From Eledone cirrhosa (taxonomy: Eukaryota), in contig OZ024741.1 in the NCBI GenBank assembly GCA_964016885.1, forward strand, positions 282,410,001-282,474,000: a stretch of 64,000 nucleotides of DNA, written 5' to 3'. Position 1 is the stretch's first letter. Each line of letters opens with the position of its first letter. A program made the position numbers and the translations under genes. The notes below the pieces were generated by a model. The model was given only the letters and a program-made list of their open reading frames with translations. It had not been told where the DNA came from and did not search any database. Below, one piece after another: positions 14,274 to 26,401 of this stretch.

Positions 14274-17200
14274 CTATAAAAATAAAATCATGAAAGATAA
14301 AAGAGATAAAAGCACTGAGGAGAAAACAAAATTATTAATCAAAAGTCAATATGAATTTAATGAAAAAGAAATTAAATATAAATAATAATAAAAAATCACT
14401 AGCAACTTAAATATAGAAATGTCAAACTAATGTAATCAGATACTAAATACTATAATAACAAAATAATTGTTTCTACTTTAGGCACAAGGATAATAACAAA
14501 ATAATGATTTTTAATGTTGACACAAGGTCAGCAATTTTTGAAAAGGAAGAACAGTCAATTAAATTGATCCAAGTAGTTTACTGGTGCTTTATTTTATCGA
14601 CCTGGAAGGATGAAGGGCAAAGTTGACCTCAGCAGGATTTGATCTCAGCATGTAAAAAGCCAGAACTAAATACCACAAAGTGTTTTATCTGATGCTCTAA
14701 CAATCCTGCCAAGCCACATTCCCATAATACCAAAATAATAATATCAAAATGAGCCAACTAAAGGAGTACTATGTGGTCACTTGATCTGCAAGAAATACCA
14801 ACCAACTCTCTCAAACCACACATAACAATTTTATTTTGGGATGGCCATAGCTAAAATGTTCTTGATCATCATAGGTCTGTTCATTTAGGGCTCACTGGTG
14901 CTAAATAATATACCATAATGCTATCAGAAAGAGGAGTAATTACAAGAAGAGCAATTTGAACAGTTATATGTGCATTGACTAGAAGTAATGTGATAGTTGA
15001 GAACTAAGAATGATGGTCTTACTTTCTACAAACATACGTTGAAAGGATGGAATATAACTATTGTAAATTCTCTAGTGAAGATGTATGGCTTAGTGGTTGG
15101 GTTGTTTGGCTCACAATTGTATGATACCTGGCAGCGTGTTGTCTCAGAACAAAACACTACATTTCACATTGCTTCAGTCCACTTTGACTAGAAAAAATGA
15201 GTTGTACATGTAATTCAAAAGGCCAGCCTTGTCACATATTGTGTAGCACTGAATCTTCCTGGGAACTACATTAAGGGTTCACATGTCTATGGAAGGCTTT
15301 CCACATTAATTTCCAAATCAGACTGCTCCATTGTTTGAACAACTGGAACACATATATTATTATAACTGACAGAGGTCCAAACTCCCAATTTTCTATTGGA
15401 ACCTCTTTCTTTCAGTTACCTCCCCAAAAGAATTAGTTGCAACCAAATGCAGTAGATTGACATAATTGTTAGAGCATCAATCAAGATGATGTGTGCTTTC
15501 TAGTTATGGTTCTTTATGTCCTCAGTTTAAATCCCTTCAGAGTCAATAAAATAAAGTATCAGTTAAGTGTTGGGGGTCAATATCAACTGTTCCTATCACC
15601 AAATTTCTAGCCGTGTGCCTATGTAAGAAATTATTAATATTTTTTCGATTTACATACCAAGTTCAAATCTCACCAGGGTTCACTTTGCTTTTGGGAGTTT
15701 GATTAAATCACCTGAACTCTTTCTACAAATTGTGCAGCCTTTGTAGCAGGGATTATCACTGTTATTACTATTGGCAGATAGTGGATTGGTCAAATCATGA
15801 GTGTTGAACAAAATGCAATACAGGATTTAATTATGGTTCTTTATGTTCTGAGCCCAAATCTTGCTGAGGCAAGCTTTGCCTTTCTTACTGACATGAATTT
15901 ATTTTATTAAACCTAAATGTTTCCATTACATAATCAATACCAACAAAAAATGATGCTCCTATTGACTAATATATAAAAAATAAATAAATAACACGAAAGT
16001 TACCGAATTTTTCTCTTTCTGTGTTCACCAACAAATAATAAAAAGTACTACTTTATTCAAGCATATTCTTAGAAATTCTGGACTACTAGAAACTCACTCA
16101 GTTTTTCTGACTCATGATACATACCAACCTATTTTTCATAATAAAGAGGAGTCATTTCTTACCCTAAAACATGCACACCATCTGTCTGGTAAAGACATTT
16201 ACATAGAAATTATATTTAGCATGTTTTTTATTAACACAAACTAACAAGAATCACCCATTATTTTTACTTTATTTTTATTAAGAATTTCAATTTTGTTTTC
16301 TGTGGTTTCTGACAATGGCCAATTTTGTTGGTGAAGATATTAAGTCTGTTGAATAATGTTCACTATCTCAATGGTACTTAATTTATAGAGGGATCCTTGA
16401 AATGATGGATGTTACAACAACCTATACAAAATTTCAACTTAGAAATATAATGCCTTGAGTAAGATACGTTAAAGTACATTAATATTATATTATTTTATTG
16501 GCTAAGTTTTGATAAGTTAATGGTTTCCATAAAAGAAACCTTATAGTCTATGTTGGTTACTGACACATGGATTAAAGATTAAAGATTAGAATGATATATT
16601 AATCATTTATTTCAAAGATATAATTACATGAATTACAGAATATATGTACAAATAAGATAAAGGATGGAATTTATGAGTAACCTTGGAGAACTAACTATTT
16701 ACAGGGACAAATAAATATGTTTAAAATCCAGGACCTTTTGACTGAAAAGTTAACTTATTGGAGCTACATGACTGAAATGGGAAATGTATTTGTGTATATG
16801 TTTATGTCTAAATTTTAAAGAGTTACAGATTGCTATATTTATAAATAAATATACAAACACACATGGTGTATTATTATGGCATTACAATGCTTACATTTTC
16901 TTTTTTTCTTCTAATCTATAAAGTCAAGTGGTTAACAAAAGTTAAATTGTTAGATACAAATAACAGGAATTTGGGGGATTGGAGTTGGAGATATGCTTCA
17001 CAATGTACCAAACATAATAAGAACCTACTTCTATCATTTATTTACTTATTTATTTATTCAAAGGAGTGTCTAATCATGTGGGTTAATATGATACTATGTG
17101 ACTTAAAAACACGTTTCAATGGAAGAAAATAATTGACACATAAAAATGTTATTAACTCAATAGATCCTGTACAACATCAAACCGCATTAAAAAAACATTC

Positions 17201-17399
17201 TTGAAAAGTACAAAACAGCTCTATGACTGCATCACATTAAAAATTAAAGTCTCTAGTTAGCAGCAAGTTTTCACAATGATCTGCCTTCTAGAAAAGATAC
17301 TATAAACATTCAAATTAACAAACCCATTTTTAGATACTTTCTACTAAATCAGATGTAAAGAGTTATGCATGCACATGTTCATATAATATAGATAGATAG

Positions 17400-17870
17400 A
17401 TAGAGATTTAAAGTCAGTGTTGCAGCATATGTACAAACTTTATTTGCATATTATTACAGTTGTTTTGATATCGATCAGCTCAGGGTACAATCAAGGGGAC
17501 AATGCCTGACTCTCTTTTGACATCTCATCAGATATGCAGTCTTATATGTGCAAAGACTCATCTAAATTTAGAGTTAAGATCTGAGCTGATCAATATCAAA
17601 ACAATTGTAATATGCAAATAATTGTTTCTACTTTAGGCACAAGGCCAGAAATTACCCAGTGCATTGCTGGTACTTTATTTTATCGACCCCGTAAGGATGA
17701 AAGGCAAAGTCAACCTCGGCGGGATTTGAATTCAGATCGTAAAGGACGTAACTATGCTGGAAAGCATGGCGTCCGACCCTCTACTGATACTGCCAATCCA
17801 CCGCCCCTGTAATATGCAAATAATGTTTGTACATCTGCTGCAACACTGATTTTGACTCTTAAATCTATTT
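17400..17870. mobile_element. Fold-back (MITE-like) element interrupted by a young SINE (17623-17807, minus strand) with a 17-bp TSD
   Basis: Arm 17410-17483 is inverted relative to 17581-17622 plus 17825-17853; TSD tgtaatatgcaaataat at 17606-17622 and 17808-17824. Confidence 0.8.
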
Positions 17871-19397
17871 ACACTCTGCACACTACAGTCGTAACACTGG
17901 AATACATCCCAAATGAAATGGACCTCATAACAGCATTGAGTGCTTTGAACGATGCACCGCCTGTGACTGTGGTATATATATATATATATATATGTATATA
18001 GGGAATATAACGTGCAGTTACTGTAGGTTCATTACCACAGCAGAGGTCCGACGAGCTTTTGATTCCAGAGTCAGGCTAAAGTTTTTGTTAAAAAGATACA
18101 TTATGGTAGAAATGTAAAAGGTTATGAGTAAAGTTGATTTATCTGCATTAAACGTATTTAATGGTATTTACTAAATAACTGTATTTTTAAAAACCAAAAT
18201 TCTCCAAGAAATTTATTAATGAATTCTATTAATTAATTAGAAGCAAAAGACAGAATCATTAGAGTGTTGAACAAAATGCTTTGCAGTATTTGTTCCAAGT
18301 CTTTACATTCAGAATTCAAATCCCCCAAAGGTCAACTTTGTTTTTTAACCTTCCTGGTTTTATAAAAAAAAGTACCAGTCAAGTGGGGTTGATATAATCA
18401 ACTTACCCTTAAACCCAAAATTAGAAAAGATTAATTAATGATGCAGTTATAGTATCATATTACTATTTTGATATCATTTAAAGCTTGAAAATTTGAGGTC
18501 AAGCTTTTGTTATTCTTTATTTATTTTTATTTTGTAATTTCCTTACATTCTTTTTTTTTTTAGATTTCCAGTTATTGATATTAAGAACTGTTGTTAATTA
18601 TGACAAATGTAACTATTTTTTTTTCTCTTTCAATAAATCATTTTTGTAAAATATTTTCTTTTTCTAATTACTTCTATAATAAATGTATATTCATAAGAAA
18701 CTTGTTTCATGTATAAATCTACAAAATTGGATCACAGTTTTTGAAAAACTCAAACTAAGTCAATTGAAAAGAATGAAGTAATTTTACATTACTTTATGGA
18801 TACCAACCAAGTACAATAATTGATATAAATATATAAATTTAGATCTATTGAATTTTTCATTTTTTACATTTTCTTCCATTTAAAAAAAAATTAATCCCCT
18901 TGTATTATTCATGCTAGTAAAATATATTGGGTTTACATAGTCAGGTATTTTTACAGCTAAATATTTTTCTTCGGACGATCAATATTTTATCAAGCAAATT
19001 TATGTATTTCCTGCTAGATTGATAGAAGCATGTGAAGAAATGAATGTTGTTTAAGAACTTAATGCAACGATTCCTAAGCAAGCAAATTGATTTTCATGCA
19101 AAAACAGTTGCCTTTTCAGCAGTGGTGCATCTTGGGTAAAACAGCATTTTGAAGAGGTTTTTAATAGTAACAACAACAACAAAAAAAGAAACCATGAAAC
19201 TCAATAATATACAATAGTTACAACAACAAACTATGTAGCTATGTAACTTTTGTCATTTCCATACAAAGAGCCAGCAATCGTGAAATATAATTTTTATCCA
19301 AGAAGAACCTTCTCTCACATAAAAATAGGTCATGTGATGATAGAAAGATGGGGTTCAATGCAGAAACAAAAATATGATGATTTTCAGTTTCATATAA

Positions 19398-20930
19398 TTG
19401 CAATACTGTCTCAACAATGGTGCTACTCCGGAGCAGTGGAAAACTGCCAGTGTCATTCCCCTATTCAAAAAGGGCAACCTCATGTCACCTGTCAACTATC
19501 GTCCAGTCAGTCTTACTAGCTGTATGGCCAAACTGATGGAATCCTGTGTCAGACAAACATTTTGGAACTTCTGGAGCTCTCACAGCCTCATCCGGCCCTC
19601 GGAGTTTTGATTTATCCCTAACTCCAGCTGCTGTGATCAGCTTATCGAGTTCCTTGAAGACATCACCCGGATCACTGACAGCGGCTCATGGGTGGATGTT
19701 GTTTACCTTGACTTTGCTAAGGCTTTTAATTCTGAGCCACACAAAAGACTTATGGCAAAACTCTCTGCAATGGGTGTGAGGGATGATCTTTTCGACTGGT
19801 TTAAATCCTTCATTCTCAGCCGAAAAGAGGTAGTCACGGTTCTAGGACAGCATTCTTCACCATATGAGATGTCATCTGGTGTACCACAGGGATCTGTTCT
19901 TGGTCCCCTTTTGTTTGTGGCATATATTAATGACATAGATGCCAACTTACAGAATGTCACGGTACTGAAATATGCAGATGACATCAAGCTGTACCTTGAA
20001 ATCAAAAGGACTGATCCTGAAATATACAACTCTTTCCTACAATCAGACCTGGACACAATGCAGCAATGGATCACAGACTGGCAACTGAAGCTGGCTGTGG
20101 ACAAGTGTACTACCATGCATTTTGGGAGGAAAAATCCAGCGTCCACATACTCCCTCCACAACACTGATATCAAGAAGTCCTCTTGTGAACGTGACCTGGG
20201 CATTACTGTCAGCAGCGATTTGCATTGGACAAAGCATGTCTCTAAGATTGTCAAGAAGGCCGAGGGTGTCTTGGCATCACTCAGCAAGACCTTTGTTAGC
20301 CGCTCTCCAGCCATCTATTTAAAACTGTATACAGCTATGGTATGACCACACTTGGAATTTGCATCATCAGTCTGGAACCCCTATCTTGCTCAGAACATTG
20401 ACCGCCTGGAAACTGTTCAGAGACGTGCAACCAAGCGCATACCCTCCATCAGACACCTACCATACTCTGAACGCCTTGCTTCCCTGGGCATGGATTCATT
20501 GAAGCTCCGACGTCTGGCGATGGACTTGGTAAACACCCACAAAGTTATTTGCCATCTCCCCAACAACAACCCTGAGCACCTTTTTGATCTCCATGTGTCT
20601 AACACATGTGGACATGCCTACAAAATCAGAAAACAGCACAGTTCCCAAGACTTTCGGAAACATTTTTTCATGCTTAGAGTTGCTGAAGCATAGAACAAAC
20701 TGCCTGCATCAGTTGTTAGCTGCCGAGACACTGCTTCCTTTAAAACCCTCATGCTTCCCAAAATACGCCAAAACTACACCTGATGTACCCCTTCCATACA
20801 CACGTGTATATCATGACTCATGCACTCTTCATTTTCCTGACGTTTGTACATTACCCTATGTACTATACATACACTTTTTGATGAGTTGTAGTGCACCTGA
20901 GCACTGTACACAATATTTCATTATTATTAT
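19398..20930 (+). mobile_element. 5'-truncated CR1-like LINE with a decayed RT
   Basis: NYRPVSLTS, YLDFAKAF, GVPQGSVLGPLLF, YADDIKL, ERDLGI, VQRRATK; several in-frame stops; (ATT)n tail near 20920-20930. Confidence 0.9.
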
Positions 20931-21197
20931 AAGAGGTCACAGGAATTTTCAGTTGTGTCAGTAAAGTATTGTTATTTAACAAATACAACAGGGTGTTGGT
21001 TCTTAAAAGATATCAATAAAGTAAGAGAAAAATAAGATATCTTGTTTATCTGATTTAAAATCTTCCCAGGAGGAAAATTTGGTTTGTTTTAGAATTAACC
21101 AGCTTCTACATTTGTAAGGGATTCCCTCATCTGTTTAGCAGTAATAGTGAGCAGCAATGGTTAGAAGTGGTATTGTCAGTTGATAAATATGAAAACA

Positions 21198-21521
21198 CAG
21201 TGGTACTTCAGTTGACAAACACTTCTCATCATGAACAAATTAGTTCACAAACAATTTTTCCAAACTTAAAACATCGAAGTTGACGAACAGTGTCTCGAGT
21301 AATGAACACGAAAGCTGGCAACAACAGTTGGTGACAAGCAGGGGGTATTGGCGGGAAATCGTCACTTACTGTGTAGTTAGTTACTATGGTGATATATGTC
21401 TGTCTTTCCCACACAGTCTTTCTCAACATTTCATATGGGAAAAATAGTTTTGGCGTACAAATATTTCCTTCGACAAACGACCTTCAGCAATAAATTAAAT
21501 TTGTGAACTGAGGTTCTACTG
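21198..21521. mobile_element. Tigger/pogo-type MITE
   Basis: Imperfect TIRs cagtggtacttcagttgacaaa and tttgtgaactgaggttctactg, followed by TA. Confidence 0.7.
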
Positions 21522-21722
21522 TACTACTAAATCTAATCTATCAAATGTATTTTTCTTGCTTTATTCTAATTGAAAGAAATTTTTATTCAGCTTAATTGAT
21601 TTCAAGTAGGCTTCCTGTTTACTTCAATCATTCAATTTCTGTGTATATGTGTTACTTTTTGCACTTGAATATCTTAGCCATTATAGATAGAGGTTTAAAA
21701 TAAGAATAAATCAAAAGAATAT

Positions 21723-23145
21723 CAGTTCCTAATCAGCTGTGCTATAACTCTTTCTGTTACTTTCATGACCTGGTCCATCAACTTTATACCTCTATAGTTT
21801 CCTCTATCTAGTGCATCACCTTTACCTTTGTAGCAGTTGACAATGATGCTACTGCACCAATCTTTTGGTATGGCACCTTCTAGTATTACCTGGTTAACGA
21901 TACGTGTGGTTATAGTGTGACCTACAGACCCAGATGCCTTCAGTATCTCGGCAGCTATACCCGATCGACCGGTTGCCTTCCCCATCTTCATATCTTTGAT
22001 TGCCAGAAAACAGAACCCAGATCCCCTCAGGGAAATGGCTTTGCTCAGTATGTAGGAAAGGTGTAGGTAGGAACTCCATTCTCTGCCCCAAATGCAAACA
22101 ATGGGTACACAAGAGATGTAGCGGGGTCTCAGGAAGCTTAATTAAGAATGTAGGATTCACATGCAGCAGCTGTGCTGAGACAGCAAGCAGCAAACAGCCA
22201 CAGGAAACAAGTACCACCAATCTCTGGGAGGGCCCTGTAGAAACAGTAGACAGCTTCTGCTACCTAAGTGACCGAATTAGCAGCGGAGGTGGGTGTTCAG
22301 AAAGTACAATAACTAGGGTAAGAACGGGCTGGAAGAAGTTTAGGGAACTACTACCACTGCTAGCTGCAAAAGGCTTCTCCCTCAGAATGAAAGGCAGACT
22401 GTATGATGCGTGTATCCGAACAGCAATGTTGCATGGTAGTGAGACCTGGGCGCTGAAGGTGGAAGACTTACCGTAGATTAGAGAGAAACGAAGCCTGCAT
22501 GCTCTGATGGATGTGTAACAGTAATATACGTGAACGACAAAGCATAAATGAATTGAGAGAGAGACTGAGCATAAGAGGAATCAAATGCTGTGTGCAGGAG
22601 AGGCGGTTGCACTGGTATGGACATGTGATGCGTATGAAGGATGACAGCTGCATAAAAAGGTGCAGAGCACTAGAAGTCGATGGAAACCGCGGAGTGGGGA
22701 GACCCAAGATGACCTGGGATGAGGTGATAAAAGCCGACCTTACCCAATTACACTTCTCAAAGACAATGACACACGACCGTGACTTCTGGCATCACGCAGT
22801 AATACAGAGTACCCGACCTCCCATGGGTACAAGCTGAAGCATATAGACAATATGCCCCCACACCCCCCACCGCAAGGTGGTCGTGGAGGTGCCACGGCAA
22901 AAAAGCACCCAGCCCACACTGTAAAGTGGACGTGTAGGCGCCATGAAAAAGCACCCAGCACTCACTGTAAATGAGGTTGGTGTTAGGAAGGGCATCCAGC
23001 TGTAGAAATCAAGCCAAATCAGTTCCTGTATGAGCAAGGCATGGTCAGCCGACCAGACACTGCCCACAACAGGACAACCCGTCTAACCCATGCTAGCGTG
23101 GAAGAACGGACGTAAAACGGTGATGATGATGATGATGATGATGAT
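21723..23145 (+). mobile_element. RTE LINE copy with a 5' inversion (inverted piece 21723-22003, forward piece 22004-23145)
   Basis: Minus-strand ORF 21722-21991 (MKMGKATG...IAQLIR) abuts plus-strand ORF 22000-22476; (GAT)n tail; candidate TSD gaatat at 21717-21722 and 23146-23151. Confidence 0.9.
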
Positions 23146-24899
23146 GAATATATATTAACTAAGAAGGATTATTTGAAAGAGTATATTTATAGAGAACTAC
23201 ATAGATAAACTCCAGCTTTTGCTAACATGTAATAATCCATGCATTTCCATTAAAACAATCACAAAAATGTACAATATTTGCAGTCACAGCACATGCAGTT
23301 TGGAAACTTTCTCATTACACTACATGTACACAAAGTGTTAACAGATATAGATATATATACATGTATACATATGGACACAGACACACATCCACACATGTCC
23401 AGATTCATTCACTTCTTTTAGAGGGGGAGGAAAGTAGTTAATTTTCATGTCTATTTTTTCCTCACTCTCTCATGCACATCTAGAGATAGGCTAAACCTGA
23501 AAAAGGCAAGACAAAGATTTCTACCATAATCTAATATTTGAATTTATATATAATCGATGAAAGGTGTTTATCATGTTTTCGACTTATGGGGACATTCATA
23601 TTTTCTGGCATGTTTACATGCTTACATATTAGATATGAGTATATTTATATACACATTGGTGCAGTCTCAGTTACCCACTGCTCTCTATTTATATAGATAT
23701 AACTTTATCATACACTTTGACTGCTAGTGAACTTCTTTATATATATATTGACAATGAAAAATGATTTAACATGTTGGGCATATACGCCCCAGGAGATGGA
23801 AAAAAAGTAAACAGAGTCACCTATGAAACACAAACTCACACATGCCATATGCCAGACAACCACACCACCAGCTACAATAAATTTTCCTCTTATTTTAAGT
23901 GTTATCTATTAGCCAGTAAGCATACAGCTGATAGATAACGCAGGTGTGAGTTGGAGTCTCATATGTAACGCTGTCCAGTTTTTTTTTTTCCATTTCCAGG
24001 GGTTTATATGCTCAACCTTCCTTTATGGTCAATAAACATACATAGAAATTGTTAACATAAAAAAAGAAAAGCTACTGTACATTCAAATTAATAATAAAGA
24101 CACATAAACAAAATATCCAAGACTTACAGCATACAAAAAAGAGCACTATTAGGCACTTGACATATGTTTTGAAGAGTATTCTCAATAGAATAGAAATAAC
24201 ACAAAAAACAACACTACACATACCCAAAGTACACAGAAATGCTCTCCATAATGTAGTGGCAGAATGCAATAAATATATGACTGATGATAATATTAATAAT
24301 CATAATTACAATTTGAACTGAGATTTTCCACCCTTGTTACCTTGAGATTTGCTTTATTGCTTTACAGTCCATCTTCGAAAAAAACAAATGAAATTTACAA
24401 CTCTCACCTAGGAAGGTTTAGCTGACCTCCTACATGGCTGTTTTAGTGATAAGGGCCTCAGTCCTATCATGAAAGTAACATGAAATAAAGCATCTAATTC
24501 AAGAATACAATGCACTATCTGGTCTGGGAATTGAACCTATGACCTTATGGTCATGTCCAATACCTTACCCACAGGGCCACACATCTTCACAAAACTGAAA
24601 GCAGCTTTGTGAGTCACCGAATAAACTGTTCGGTGGAGTATTTGAATATCTACATAATAGAGATTATCATAATAAAGATTACAAATAAACATCAGACGTG
24701 AATAGTTGATGCATTTTTGTTGATGATAGACAGAGATATGTAAATGGCAGAGATATGTAAATGGCATCTGAAGATTTAAACAGGTTTAACTTAATGCTTT
24801 GTTGCTATGTACATAGTAATGTTTGAACAAAACATAACTTCTTCACACTTATCCATGGTAAAATTTTATACTATTTTAAGTGCGCGTTTGTATGTATAC

Positions 24900-25098
24900 A
24901 GAGTGAGATTTAAAGAGAGAAAGAGGATGGTATAAACCGGATTGTGGCACCAAGTGGTTTCGGCTTGTGTTCAGGAAGCATTTTCAAGCTGAAACCACTT
25001 GGTGTCGTGGCCGGGATTAAACCTTCCTCCCATGCATTGAGTACTCTCATGGTTTGTGGTCTTCCTGATCTCAGCTGCGCAGACTCTTTCTCTCTCAT
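24900..25098. repeat. Short fold-back element, same family as 33951-34130 but in the opposite orientation
   Basis: Hairpin 24937-24967 / 24985-25014; shared ends aagagagaaaga... and ...gagtact...cctgatct. Confidence 0.7.
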
Positions 25099-25121
25099 AT
25101 ATTTATGTGTGTGTGTGTGTG

Positions 25122-25169
25122 TATATTGGGTTGTAACAACGGCGGGAATTTATGTTACAACCCAATATA
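25122..25169. mobile_element. Minimal mariner-type MITE or 17-bp hairpin
   Basis: tatattgggttgtaaca - 14 nt - tgttacaacccaatata, a perfect inverted repeat with TA at both ends. Confidence 0.55.
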
Positions 25170-25195
25170 TATAAATATATAAATAAATATACATA

Positions 25196-25243
<48 letters not shown>

Positions 25244-25244
<1 letters not shown>

Positions 25245-25622
25245 TAGTAGATTTACCTGGCGTTGCCCGGGGTTTGAAATGCAACAAAGAATAAACAAGA
25301 AACAAACAATAATATTAGTGATTTATCTTCAAATGAATCTGATGTTTATATTCCTGTCAATAAAGTTGGTTATCGCCCTTTTTTATAAGGATTGTCAATA
25401 AAGTTGGTTATCTCAATTACATCAATTTTGCTACCGATAATTTTGATATCGATTTTTTATTGCTCAACGTGGGTCGATTTGAAAAATGTTTGTGATGTGA
25501 CAATCTTAGCGACCTGTGCAACGTGCACAGAAAATTTGGTCAAATTCAGTTGGTAATTGTAAAAGCCTTAAGTATGCAAAGTTGTACACACACACACATC
25601 CTCGCTTTTATATATATAAAGA
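25244..25622 (-). mobile_element. Non-autonomous Helitron (379 bp)
   Basis: Minus strand starts A|TCTTTATATATATAAAAGCGAGGATGTGTG and ends CCCGGGCAACGCCAGG-TAAATCTA-CTAG|T: 5' TC, subterminal hairpin, 3' CTAG, AT target, no TSD. Confidence 0.9.
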
Positions 25623-25767
25623 TATTTATATATATATAAATATATATATATAAATACATGTAGGAGGTGAGTTTTATTGTAGTACAATATCGCACATCAA
25701 TCTAAAACTACTTCTCATATGTTGATTTAAAACTGAACTATCCACAAGTGTTTTTTAGCCTTCATAT

Positions 25768-25849
25768 CATGTCCTGTTTTATCTGATGAAAACACAAATA
25801 TTATTGCATGATGATATTTGTTTTTGAAATGCACATAATAAAATACATG
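25768..25849 (+). ncRNA. Type I hammerhead ribozyme motif
   Basis: Stem I catgt(cct)gttttat / ataaaat-acatg; CUGAUGA 25783-25789; long stem II; GAAA 25826-25829; minimal stem III; UA cleavage site at 25836-25837. Confidence 0.7.
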
Positions 25850-25879
25850 GAACTCCTTTAACCATCTTTTGTTCTTATA

Positions 25880-26400
<521 letters not shown>

Positions 26401-26401
<1 letters not shown>

